A stretch of DNA of 64,000 bases from Octopus sinensis (Eukaryota), in assembly GCF_006345805.1 (NCBI RefSeq), contig NC_043005.1:14756001-14820000 (forward strand), given 5' to 3'. Shown in pieces: positions 9,790 to 21,491 of the stretch. Within the stretch, counting starts at the first letter, position 1; each line of letters begins with the position of its first letter. The translations under genes were made by a program, and so were the position numbers. The notes beneath the pieces are model-generated. The model was given only the letters and a program-made list of their open reading frames with translations, had not been told where the DNA came from and did not search any database.

Positions 9790-12700
9790 AACCAGGAAAA
9801 AACACCGTAGACAGAACCAGGAAAAAACACCGTAGACAGAACCAGGAAAAAACACCAAATAACGCCAACTTGAAATATGTATCCTCTGACCAAGTGGCAG
9901 ACCAAACAAGTAACTCTTTTTTACTGACATACCTGGAAAATATGAAGGCCGACCTAAGCCAGGAGATCCAGCGAGCCATCACCAACCATCTATGCAAATC
10001 ACAAGGACCACTCACCCATTACCAACTTCCCTTACCTCGACATTCCTGTTAAATGTACGTGGCATCAACCCATCAATTATTGCCCAAAAATGGAAGATCC
10101 CATATATAGAGAGTTGGCTTGCCGAAATGGCACATTGCTTCCCTTTCTTTATCCTTACCGAGACTCACCTGAACAACACCCATATGGACGCAGAGGTGAA
10201 AATAAAAGATTTCACCATTGTTCGTGCGGATCGCACAGACCAAAATAAGGGAGGGACAGCCATCTTTATCCATGACTCCTTTTCACTTGATGCCAAGGAC
10301 ACATTTTCCAATGGCTACTGTGAATCGGTATCAGTATACAACAAAGCCAAGGACATAACCATTGTTGGTCTTTACAGGCCTCCCCAGGCACCTCTAAAGT
10401 ACTTTGAAGAGTGCCTTAGCAAAGTCAAGTCCTTCCTTCGGAAGTACCACTCCGGAAACATAATAGTGATGGGTGATTTTAACCTCCCTCATGTGAACTG
10501 GCCCACAAATACTCCGAAGTTGGGCAAGTGCTCTACATCAGATAGGGCAGCAGCAGAACTGCTCTTTAATCTGATGGATGAGTATTTCCTGACTCAGCTA
10601 GTGCTTGAACCAACGAGACAGAATAAAACGATCTTGGATCTGGTACTGACCAATCACTCTAGCTACGTTCACAGCATTTCAGTCGAAAAAACTCTCCTCT
10701 CAGACCACGACATGGTACTCTGCAATCTTAATTCCCGACGTATAAAAACCAAACCAGCCAATCCCACTCCATGGCACCCATTTGACAACATAAATTTCCA
10801 CAAAGCGGACTGGGGAACAATCAGAAAGGATCTGTCTTCCATCGACTGGTCTTTTACTCTCAATTCCCCTCATATTGAGACCGCGTGGCAGCACTTTGAA
10901 ACCATTGTCACCGACACATGCTCTAAACACGCTCCCAAGAAATCTACTAACACAAACAGAAACCGGCTCCCTAAAAAGAAAAAAACACTCATCAGGCGCA
11001 TCAAAAGACTCAACAAAAAAATCAACCAATTAAAATATTCCCACACGCAACATCCACATTCAACAACAATGAAAAGACTAGAGCTGGAAAAACTTCATCT
11101 GCAGACTAACATGAAAACCTCCATTGAAAATCAAAGAGCTGTGGAGGAACAATGGGTAATCAAAAACATCAAACAGAACCCAAAAGTGTTCTATTCTTAT
11201 GCAAATAAGCATAGAACCACTGTCTCACCTATTGGGCCATTGATTGATGAAAACGGCATTCCCCAACACGATGCTAAAGAAATGGCAGAAATACTGCAGA
11301 AACAATATTGCTCTGTCTTCAGTGTTCCCACTGATATTGATGTGAGGGAAACGAACGAAGCTGACTCCCAACACAAAATCGCAGACATAACCTTCACTGC
11401 CACCGACATCGTAGCAGCAATAAATGAGGTCAAACATTACTCCGCTGTAGGCCCTGATAGATTTCCCGCCAGTCTCCTGAAGGAATGTAGATATCAACTT
11501 GCAGTCCCTCTGACCAACCTCTGGAGAAACTCGTTAGACGCAGGTTATATACCGAAAAAGTTTCTATCCCAGTCGGTCATCCCGGTTTTCAAACAGGGAA
11601 ACAGATCCCTCGCAGTCAACTATCGCCCAATCTCACTCACCTCCCACATCATTAAAGTGTTTGAAAGAGTGTTAAGATCAAGGATAGCTGACTTCCTGGA
11701 GACCCACAAACTCCTAAATTCAAATCAACATGGCTTTCGCTGTGGCAGGGACTGTCTAACACAGCTCTTACACCACATTGAAGATGTACTCAAAGCCTTG
11801 GGAACAGGTTCGAACTCTGACGTCATATACCTTGACTTCAGTAAAGCGTTCGACAGGGTAGACCATAACATCCTACTCTCAAAATTGGCAAATTTTGGAA
11901 TCCGTGGAAAAGTTCTACACTGGATTCAGTATTTCCTAGCAAATAGAACACAACATGTTGTAGTTGATGGAGTCCACTCAAACCCAGCAAAAGTCACCAG
12001 CGGTGTTCCCCAGGGAACTGTTTTGGGTCTGCTACTCTTCATAATTTATGTAAACGACCTTTCCAGTGTCGTACATCACTGCAAAGTGAAAATATTCGCT
12101 GATGACACTAAGCTCCAGCAAATCGTCAATGAAGAAGCAGACCGAACTCAACTCCAGTCTGACCTATATGCTGTGAGTCAATGGGCAGACAGAAACAAAA
12201 TGCAACTGAACGAGGGAAAATTTGAGCTGATGCATTTTGGAAGAAATTCCTCACTAAAACAACCATACTCTCTTCCTTCAGGGGAACCGCTCACAGCCTC
12301 TAACAATATCAGAGACCTGGGTGTAATTGTTGATGACGATCTCAGTTGGAGCGCACACATCAACAAGAAGGTCGATACAGCTCGTAGGATGAGTTCCTGG
12401 ATCTTAAGAACTTTCCGGTCCAGAGAACAAGGTGTCATCATACCACTTTTTTCATCCTTTGTACGGCCACACCTTGAATACTGCTGCCCACTGTGGTCTC
12501 CTCACACAAGACAAAACATCTCCAGAATTGAGTCACCCCAGAGGGCTCTCACTAAACAAATTGAAGGCATGGCTGCTCTCGACTATTGGGATCGCCTTAA
12601 AGCCTTGAAACTTTACTCCCTCCAGCGTCGCCGTGAGCGGTACATCATTTGTACGATGTGGAAAATATACCGCCAACTTTGCCCAAACGACCTAAACATT

Positions 12701-13070
12701 AGCTTCAAGGTTCATCCGAGACTTGGACCACGGGCTATACGTCCCCTGCCAAATTCAAGATCACAACATACATGTACACTGCAACATAATTTCTTTTCCT
12801 CAACAGGCCCTGCCCTATTTAACATTGTCCCGAGGGAGATCAAAGAAGAAAAGGATCCCATCAACTTCAAACAGAGTCTGGATAGATTCCTTCAAAGAAT
12901 ACCAGACAAGCCACCCATAATTGGATACAACTCACCCAACAAGAACTCACTACTTAAACAAAACTTGACTTAAACAGGATTCGAATAATCCTATCAGGTG
13001 GTGCTATTAAGTTAGACATGGCCTGGACCAATCTCTGGTCGAAACATATCTAAGTTTTATCTAAGTTTTA
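9790..13070 (+). mobile_element. CR1-group LINE, 5' truncated within ORF1, intact ORF2
   Basis: ORF1 remnant to 10052 overlapping ORF2; 3' UTR hairpin gacca...tggtc and (atctaagtttt)x2 tail; flanked by (TA)n. Confidence 0.92.
9992..12973 (+). CDS. LINE ORF2: AP endonuclease + reverse transcriptase, 993 aa
   Basis: APE motifs LNVRG, LTETH, YRPP, GDFN, LDLVLT, SDH; RT motifs YRPISLTS, QHGFR, LDFSKAFD, GVPQG, FADD; CR1-type C-terminus YSLQRRRERY; no stops. Confidence 0.96.
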   Translation: MQITRTTHPLPTSLTSTFLLNVRGINPSIIAQKWKIPYIESWLAEMAHCFPFFILTETHLNNTHMDAEVKIKDFTIVRADRTDQNKGGTAIFIHDSFSLDAKDTFSNGYCESVSVYNKAKDITIVGLYRPPQAPLKYFEECLSKVKSFLRKYHSGNIIVMGDFNLPHVNWPTNTPKLGKCSTSDRAAAELLFNLMDEYFLTQLVLEPTRQNKTILDLVLTNHSSYVHSISVEKTLLSDHDMVLCNLNSRRIKTKPANPTPWHPFDNINFHKADWGTIRKDLSSIDWSFTLNSPHIETAWQHFETIVTDTCSKHAPKKSTNTNRNRLPKKKKTLIRRIKRLNKKINQLKYSHTQHPHSTTMKRLELEKLHLQTNMKTSIENQRAVEEQWVIKNIKQNPKVFYSYANKHRTTVSPIGPLIDENGIPQHDAKEMAEILQKQYCSVFSVPTDIDVRETNEADSQHKIADITFTATDIVAAINEVKHYSAVGPDRFPASLLKECRYQLAVPLTNLWRNSLDAGYIPKKFLSQSVIPVFKQGNRSLAVNYRPISLTSHIIKVFERVLRSRIADFLETHKLLNSNQHGFRCGRDCLTQLLHHIEDVLKALGTGSNSDVIYLDFSKAFDRVDHNILLSKLANFGIRGKVLHWIQYFLANRTQHVVVDGVHSNPAKVTSGVPQGTVLGLLLFIIYVNDLSSVVHHCKVKIFADDTKLQQIVNEEADRTQLQSDLYAVSQWADRNKMQLNEGKFELMHFGRNSSLKQPYSLPSGEPLTASNNIRDLGVIVDDDLSWSAHINKKVDTARRMSSWILRTFRSREQGVIIPLFSSFVRPHLEYCCPLWSPHTRQNISRIESPQRALTKQIEGMAALDYWDRLKALKLYSLQRRRERYIICTMWKIYRQLCPNDLNISFKVHPRLGPRAIRPLPNSRSQHTCTLQHNFFSSTGPALFNIVPREIKEEKDPINFKQSLDRFLQRIPDKPPIIGYNSPNKNSLLKQNLT

Positions 13071-13076
13071 TATATA

Positions 13077-13504
13077 GGGAGATGTACTCGCATAGCAAGT
13101 GATTTGATCTGAGATCGTGTGCTGAAACGAAATCAATTGCAGCGTGGAAGGTGTTTGTAAGCCATTTAAGAAACACACAAAAGCCATTCGATTCACTTCA
13201 ACATTTAAGTTTAATTTGTCAAAATATTTTTGTCGCTAAAATCCGCGACCTGTTCACTGACAAAAATCCGTGCTGCATCTGAGAAAGTAACAGTTAGTTC
13301 AGATGCAGCACGGATTTTTGTCAGCGAACAGGTCGCAGATTTTAGCGACGAAAATATTTTGACAAATTAAACTTTAATGTTGAAGTGAATCGAATGGCTT
13401 TTGTGTGTTTCTTAAATGGCTTACAAACACCTTCCACGCTGCAATTGATTTCGTTTCAGCACACGATCTCAGATCAAATCACTTGCTATGCGAGTACATC
13501 TCCC
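13077..13504. mobile_element. Fold-back MITE with 206-bp inverted arms and a 16-nt spacer
   Basis: 13077-13282 pairs with 13299-13504 (4 mismatches seen); TA on both sides; termini GGGAG...CTCCC (or TAG...CTA); superfamily unresolved. Confidence 0.88.
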
Positions 13505-13764
13505 TATATATATATATATATTATCATCATCATCATCATTGTTTAACGTCTGTTTTCCGTGCTAGCACAGGTCAGACAGCATATATATATATACTCTTTT
13601 ACTTGCTTCAGTCATTTGACTGTGGCCATGCTGGAGCACCACCTATAGCTGAGCAAATCGACCCCAGGACTTATTCTTTGTAAACCCAGTACTTATTCTA
13701 ATGGTCTCTTTTGCCGAACCGCTAATTACAGAAATGTAAACACACCACTATCGGTTCTCAAGCG
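13505..13764 (-). repeat. Inverted duplicate of 8833-~9092
   Basis: Reverse complement matches with one substitution seen outside the TA run. Confidence 0.93.
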
Positions 13765-13874
13765 TATATATATATATATACATATACATATGTGTGTGTG
13801 TATATATATATATATATACACAGACACACACACACTCACATATTGAGTAATTAAATTTTTTTTCTTTATTTCAG

Positions 13875-14110
13875 GTACAAATTGGCATCTGGAAATTGTT
13901 TCTCCAGAAGAACATATGCAAGCTTTCTATGTAGAAATAATTCAAGGAACATTATCTTCTTTTTCTAGAGGTTTATTTTGGCAAAATCTCTGTAAACATG
14001 GATATAACTGTGTTGACCATTTCGATTTGAAGACATATGAAGATGATAAAATAACCGGCTTAAAACTGAATTTTTTGGATAAACCTATCAGAATCAATGC
14101 TGTAATATGA
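13875..14110 (+). CDS. Exon of unidentified gene 1 (STNWHLEIVSPEEHMQAFYVEII...KPIRINAVI*), possibly extending to TAG 14216
   Basis: Strong tttctttatttcag acceptor; phase-1 entry matches exon 6731; 78 open codons; 3' end ambiguous (see findings). Confidence 0.6.
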
Positions 14111-15288
14111 TATTTTATTCACCCATTTTAAGATATCTAATGATGATAAGAAAGCAAATGGCGTAATTTATGTTAGTGAATTTGAGATTTCAAAATGGCT
14201 GGGTTCAAAATACTAGTAGAGCCAACTTGAAAATCTTTTCTGAAAATATTTATGATGATGGATAGCCCTTGACCTGCCCCTCCACCACTAAATAACCCAT
14301 CCTATTACCTTTCAAGTCTGTGCTGTCTTTTCTCACAATCTTGTTAATTTTATCTCTCTTTTCTCCTTTATTCCCCCAAAACTTCCATCTGATGATGATG
14401 ATGATGATAGTGGTGGTGGAGATGGTGATGTGGATAATGATGATGATGATGGTGGTGGTGGAGATGGTGATGTGGATAATGATGATGATATTGACGATTA
14501 AGGTGTCACTTGTTTCAAAGTAAACTCTTCCTTCACAAAGTGTCACTTTTCACGTGAATAATCAAAACTTCATCTCCAGTGCTGTTAAAGTCTCACTAGT
14601 TTAGTCCACCTTACTATAAATAGGTACCCCTAAGTGCTACATCTTACCACTGCATGCAGTGGGAGCTGTGTATAATTGTTGACTGTTCTATTGCTCTGCA
14701 CTACTAAATCCATGTTCTACCATTAGTGTTGCATGGAGAGACATTCTCTTAATTCTTGCACTCATTTACAGTTCTCTGTGTTTTAACTCCTTGTTCAAAG
14801 AAGGATTTGGCATAAAAGGGACTAAGAAATGGTAGGTATGTTCAGAACACAATGACTTTTTATCTAATCGATGGATTTCAATGATACAGGTCATATCCTG
14901 TGCCACTGGTTTGTGTACCTAGTGATGAGGTGCATTTTCAAGCAGTTCACAAACGAGTGTCTACTACAGATTGACGTTCAGAGTTAATTAGGATCAAAAA
15001 TGCTAATCACATGTTGATGGATATTTCTGGACAGGAGAATAGTCAGACAGTAGAATCTATATATTGAACTGTGTGATATAAATATTATTGGTTGTTTGAT
15101 TGATTGATTGACTTGGAGGGAGGTGGGAGACGGAAAGAATTTAATGTTTCTCCCCTACAAAACGTAGAGAGAAATAGAGAGAGCTAGGACGAATAAGATC
15201 AACACCTTCACAAAGAACTGAGGGAACTCAGAATCAGTACTCAAAACAGCTGAGTTGTGTAAATAATATTTCAAATCTATCATTTCAG

Positions 15289-15388
15289 ATAAGTGTGAAG
15301 AATGATTACGCGGAGCATAATTTCAATGTAAAAGAAGAAAGCAAAGTTAAGAATCAGTTAGTGACAGAATATATTCCAGTAAAAACAG
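15289..15388 (+). CDS. Candidate exon (ISVKNDYAEHNFNVKEESKVKNQLVTEYIPVKT)
   Basis: catttcag acceptor, ACAG|gtatgt donor, only phase 0 open; no homology recognised. Confidence 0.35.
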
Positions 15389-16159
15389 GTATGTGGTATA
15401 TGGGAACACGTCTTGTTTACATTTTGTGTATTTTAAATGTTAGACATCAACATCAGTAGAAATGAAGGCACACATGTACACATTCAGAGACAGACATACA
15501 CACATATTTTCATCACATATACACAAATATAAAATGGTTGGGTGTATAATGTAGTGAACAGGCAACTCAGAAGAAATCCAGTTAGGAAGTGACTTCCTTG
15601 GTAACGTCCCAGAATGCAGGATAAAATCATTTGGATTTTCCATTACAGAGTTCAGGTGATGGAATACTTAAGATTCATAGTGGATGGTGTGTGGGGTGGG
15701 GTGGGAGAGTGGCAGAACAAACTGTGTGCGTGTGTGTGTGTGTGTGTGTTTGTGTGTGTGTGTGAGTGTCTGTCTGTGTGTGTGTGTCTGTGTGTGTGTG
15801 TGTCCTTGCCCAAGGACTGAACCTGGAGCCATATGGTTGCAGATTTTCAGATGATGGAATATTTAAGACTCATAGTGGGTGCTGTGTGGGTTGGGATTGG
15901 GTGGGAGAATGGCAAAACAGACTGTCACTTTTAATAAAATTAAAATCTTTAAGCTTTCATTTGTGTGTGTGTGTGTCCTTCTGTTTCTTTCCCACACCTT
16001 GACTTGCCCCATGTGTTCACAACTGGGCTTCATTTCTTCATTTTAAGCCTTCAAAGCAGTACTTCAGCATGGCTGCAGTCCAATGATTGAAGCAAGTAAA
16101 AGAATTGTGCTATAACGAAAGAAGAATTATAGCGATAGAAACTCTGTTTCATTTTCATG

Positions 16160-16446
16160 GCGGGGAAAAATATTTTGTAAAAGCACCATCTGTTCATGTC
16201 CGTTGCCAGCCTCGCCTGGCCCCCGTGCCAGTGGCACGTAAAAGCACCATCCGTTTGTGGCCGTTTGCCAGCTCCGTCTGGCACCTGTGCGGGTGGCACG
16301 TAAAAAGCACCCACTACACTCACGGAGTGGTTGGCGTAGAAACACTGCCAGATAAGACTGGGCCTGATGCGGCCTTCCGGCTTCACAGACCCATGCTAGC
16401 ATGGAAAGCGGACGCTAAATGATGATGATGATGATGATGATGATGA
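16160..16446 (+). mobile_element. RTE 3' UTR copy
   Basis: Unit repeats, palindrome, (GAT)n tail. Confidence 0.85.
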
Positions 16447-17079
16447 GGTGGAGCTGGTATTTTTCATTTAGAAAACCACTTTTCAGGAAGGAAATGGTAA
16501 AAAATTCTTTAAAGCAAGTTGGAGTTCTTCATGTAATTGTTTTCTTGGTGTTCTGTGTTTTTGTTAGACTGAAGAGAATATTTATTCCAGTCATTCCATT
16601 ACAATATGTCTGAGGAAAGATGGTAAATGGTTAACAAGCCAATTGTCACCCATATACAAATGTCTCTTGGTAACAGATACCATGATTTCATTAATGAACC
16701 ATTTTCATAGCTGATGAAGTCATAAGAAAATGTAGACTCCTTTTGACTCTTGGATTCATCGACATGACAGCTGGAGTTAGAAATCTGCACCATCACTCAG
16801 CTGGTACACATTTGCGGGTGAGCAAACTGATCCAATGAGAAATGGAATGCATTGCTCAAGGACACAACATACTGCCCTGTTCAGAAATTAAACCTACAAC
16901 ATTATAATTGTTAGTGGAAACCCTTAACCACTCAGCCACTCACCTTCACATTCTCTTCTTATGAATATTCTATCTTCTGTAACAATTATGAAAATCTCAA
17001 ATTTCAAAGAATTGAAATTCAATTCTGGAATGACTTGGAACAATATTTGACCCTTAAACAAAATAAATACTAAAGACAA

Positions 17080-17295
17080 GAAATAAACTGACCATACACC
17101 AATAACAAATACAAGTTCCCAATACTAGACAGATTCCACTGAGTGGACACATAAATAAATGTATAAAAAATAAGTCTCCCAAATTCCAGGTCTTCCCATT
17201 CTACCTGAGTTCAATGAATACCACAGATGAAGCACGGATAAAGGAAGAAAATACTTTCATAATAAAGTACAAACCAATACTTAACGAACTTTAAC
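17080..17295 (+). mobile_element. Penelope-like GIY-YIG C-terminus relic
   Basis: Translates KLTIHQ*QIQVPNTRQIPLSGHINKC...PKFQVFPFY...EARIKEENTFIIKYKPILN. Confidence 0.75.
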
Positions 17296-18304
17296 AGAGT
17301 ACATCCACAAATAACTATTCATGCACAAAACTCATTCTGCAACTTATCATCAACCTAATCTTTAGCCACTGGACTACACACAAATGACTCCTGTCCACTC
17401 TCCTACCAAACAGTGCCTTGATTATAACTAAACATGTTCACTCAACCGTGTTGGCCTTCTTTTAAGGTGCAAAATATACTGTCACATGACACTAATACAC
17501 GGGTGCAGTGGGAAACATACAAAAGGTTACAAACTTAATCATGTGTTCATTCTACAAACATTTGACAGAAAACTTTCAGAGCATTGATTGTTTGGACATT
17601 TTTCAGTCAACCATGTCGGTCAACCTTAACTCATGACACCAAACATTGTCACTTGATATTAACACATAGACGTAGCGGGAAACCTGCAAAAATTTCCAAG
17701 ACAAGTCATGTGACTATACTCTATAGAAACATATACTAATTTGCGCTATGAACTCCCTATAAAAATAGGGCAAACTTCAAACATTGGTCAGAAGCAAGAC
17801 ACCTGCGACATAAGCCACATCTTTCCATTAGAATTTTTTTTTTGTAAATCATTGTAAACTGTGAAACCAGTTAAAGCTTTAAATATATTAACAAAAAATA
17901 TTTTAACTTTTCTCAGCACATTTTCAACTTCTATTTTTCCTATATTTCTACCAGTTTGGAATAAAATAACTTTGTTATATATATATATATATATATATAT
18001 ATACAAAATAAGAAAATGGAGAAATACAACCAAATCAAATATCAATTACCAGATAATACCCAATCACATACTTTATTAAACCACCACATAAGAGACTTTA
18101 ACGTCAAACATAATAATGTAGAACAAAACAGTGTACATAAAGGAGTAATGTGATACAATAAGTACAATATGTATAAGAGAATATAAATATAAGTAAATAT
18201 AAATATAAATATGGGTACTTCACTAGCAGTATATTGGATATATGTTATCCCATGGAGGGTTGCATTTACAACCCCTATCTCAATTTGTATATATATATAT
18301 ATAT

Positions 18305-21160
18305 ACCCGAAACGATGAGGGAACTAAGCTACTGGGATTCTGTATTGCATGTAACCTTTTAATCTGCAACACTAACTTCAGGAAGCCAGACAGCCACCTT
18401 ATAATCTATCAATCAGGGAACTCTGCTAGCCAGATTGATTTCATACTCACCAGACAGCGGGACGCAGGGTTGCTCTTAAATGCAAAGATCCTCCCGGTTG
18501 AAGAATGTACCCCCCAGCAGAGGCTAGTCATTAGTGACTTTAGGCTCAAGGCCAGAAGGATACCAAGAAGCAGACCAATCCAGAAAAGAAGGATTTGGAA
18601 GCTGAAGAACCCTTCACATGGTCAGGGAGGAGGAGTACAGACGTTGGACATAGAAGATAGCTGGAAATTCCTATGGGACAGCTTGCTGAGTGCCACAGAC
18701 CAAGTCTGCAGATGGTGCAAAGTCCCTTCCAGACCTAGAGTTACGTGGTGGTGGAATAGTGTGGTAGACAAAGCCATTAGAGCAAAGAAACAGGCCTGGA
18801 AGGCCTGGAGGGATGGGGGTAGCAGGGAACTGTACCAGGTAGCCAAAAGGGAGGCTGGGCAGTAGGTATACATAGCCAAGGGCAAAGCAGAAAAGAAGAA
18901 GTTTGCCAATGTCCAGCGATGTGAGGACCAAAGAACTGAGGTATTTTGGATTGCTAGACAGTGTGAGAGAAAATTGTGATCTCACAGGAGAGAAATGTGT
19001 CCGCATGGATGATGGTGCACTTGCTTTCAATGTTTCTGAAAAGAAAGCGGCTTGAAGAAGCCATTATGAGAGACTGCTGGATGTGGAGAATGAATGGGAG
19101 GAGGAGAGGCTGCCAAATGTTGACTCGGTAGAGGGACCAGATATCCCAATAGATAGCTCTGTAGTAGATAAAGCAATTAAGGGTATGAAGCCAGGAAAAG
19201 CCCCCGGCCCATCAGGAATCACTGCTGAGATGCTTAAAACATCTGGTGGTGTGGGCTTTGGCTTAGTCACCTGCATTGTAAACCATGCAGTTCATAATGG
19301 AGTCATACCCAATGACTGGCATAGCAGCACCATAGTCAACTGCTACAAGGGTAAGGGTGATGCTCTAGATAGAAATAACTACAGGGGTATTAAGCTGTTG
19401 GATCAGGTGATGAAGGTCACAGAGAGGGTCATAGCCCATCTCATTAGGGAGAGAGTCTGCTTAGATGAGATGCAGTTCGGTTTTGTGCCGGGTAGAAGCA
19501 CCACTGATGCCATATTCCTGGTTTGACAACTGCAGGAGAAATACCTAGCTAAAAACAAACCCCTCCACATAACTTTCGTGGACTTGGAGAAAGCCTTTGA
19601 CAGGGTCCCCCGATCCCTTATCTGGTGGACGATGTGGAAACTGGAGATTAATGAATGGTTAATAAGGGCTGTACAGGCCCTATACAGAGAGGCCGTTAGC
19701 AAGGTTAGGATTGACAATGAGTATAGTCAAGAATTCTGGGTAGAAGTAGGGGCCCACCAAGGTTCAGCCCTCAGTCCCCTTTTATTCATTATAGTCCTCC
19801 AGGCAATAACAGGAATTCAAGATGGGTTGCCCCTGGGAGCTCCTATATGCTGATGACCTGGCCCTCATAGCAGAATAACCACCGGAACTAGAAAAGAAAT
19901 TTTGGCTGTGGAAGCTAAGTTTAGAATCAAAAGGCCATAGAGTCAATGTAGCAAAGACCAAAGTTATAGTAAGTAGGAAGGCACACTCATCACACCCCAC
20001 TCAGGTAGGTGGCCCTGCTCAATCTTTAGAAAAGGTGTAGGGAGAAACTCCATAAGATGTACCCAGTGTAAGCTATGGACACATAAGAGGTGCAGCACCA
20101 TCAAAGGAAAATTAACCGAGAAGATAGCTTTCGTGTGTGGCGGATGCACAGGAGCAATAGACACCACAGATACTCAGAAAACAGATTCCATCACACTCCA
20201 GGGGGAGAAACTAGAAGTGGTTGATAGCTTCTGCTACCTGGGTGACCAAGTTAGTAGTGGAGGTGGATGCTCAGAGAGTGTCACCACTAGAATATGAATA
20301 GCCTGGGCAAAGTTTAGAAAGCTTATACCCCTACTGGTGACAAAGGGTCTCTTGCTCAGAAAGGTAGATTGTACAACGCATGTGTGCGAATTGCCATGCT
20401 TCATGGTAGTGAAACATGGGCTGTGACTGCAGAGGACATGCGTAGGCTTGAAAGAAATGAAGCTAGCATGATCTGCTGGATGTGTAATGTCAGTGTGCAC
20501 ACACAACAGAGTGTAAGTGCCCTGAGAGAAATGCTGGACATAAGAAGCATTGGATGTGGCATGCAAGAGAGACGTCTGCGCTGGTATGGTCATGTACTAC
20601 GGATGGATGAGGAGAGATGTGTGAAGAAGTGCCACTCCCAAACAGTTGAAGGAATTCGGGGTAGAGGTAGACCCAGGAAGACATGGGATATATGGTCAAG
20701 CATGACCTTCGAACATTGGGCCTCACAGAGGCAATGACGAAAGACCGAGACCTCTGGAGATATACTGTGACTGCGAAGACCTGACAAATAACCTAAGTTC
20801 ATGGCTGTTTTCTGCACCAGCTTCACATAGAAGCCCCAGCCCTTCCAAAGTGCCTTGGATCGCAGGACGGCCTGCTATGCTTACCTTGGATTGTAGGGCG
20901 ACCTGCTGTGCTTGAGGAGACCTATTGAGTCAAGTACATCAATATCGAAAAATCAAATGGAAATTGTAGTTGGGATACCTGTGCCAGTGGGATGTAAAAA
21001 GCACCCACTACACTCATGGAGTGGTTGGCATTAGGAAGGGCATCCAGCTGTAGAAACACTACCAGATCAGACTGGAGCCTGGTGCAGCCTCCTGGCTTCC
21101 CAGGCCCTGGTCAAACCGTCCAACCCATGCTACGGACATTAAACGATGATAATGATGATA
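18305..21160 (+). mobile_element. RTE-clade LINE, 5' truncated, decayed
   Basis: RNDEGTKLLGF...SQIDFIL (APE), KAPGPSG, NYRGIKLL, DLEKAFD, YADDL, FCYLG, HGSETW, RWYGHV, GRGRP; stops and frameshifts; 3' UTR and (GAT)n tail. Confidence 0.96.
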
Positions 21161-21491
21161 TGTATGTATGTATTGTTTTTCTGTAAATATCAATTATATA
21201 TCTATAAGGCTAAGTAGATACATACATGTAAATATGTAAAGAAAATATAAGGAAAAGGAGTAAATGTTGGAAGGACTTTATAATGGGGAACAGAAAGAAA
21301 ATATGTCCTGGTTTTGGCTGTTTAAGATGATCTCTTCATACTGGAATGAAATGAAAAGATGAAAAAATGATAAACTTTCATAAGAATCAGTTGTAGAAGT
21401 TCATATAGTTTCCTTATAAAGATCACATGATGTTTTATATTTTTGTTGTGGTTATTGCAAGTTTGTTGAGGGTAGGTCTAATGGGAGTGAG

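Noticed and set aside
16711-16790. Terminal exon ADEVIRKCRLLFDSWIHRHDSWS* after 15388
   Set aside because: Phase-compatible but supported only by one acceptor and a short frame; indistinguishable from chance without RNA data.
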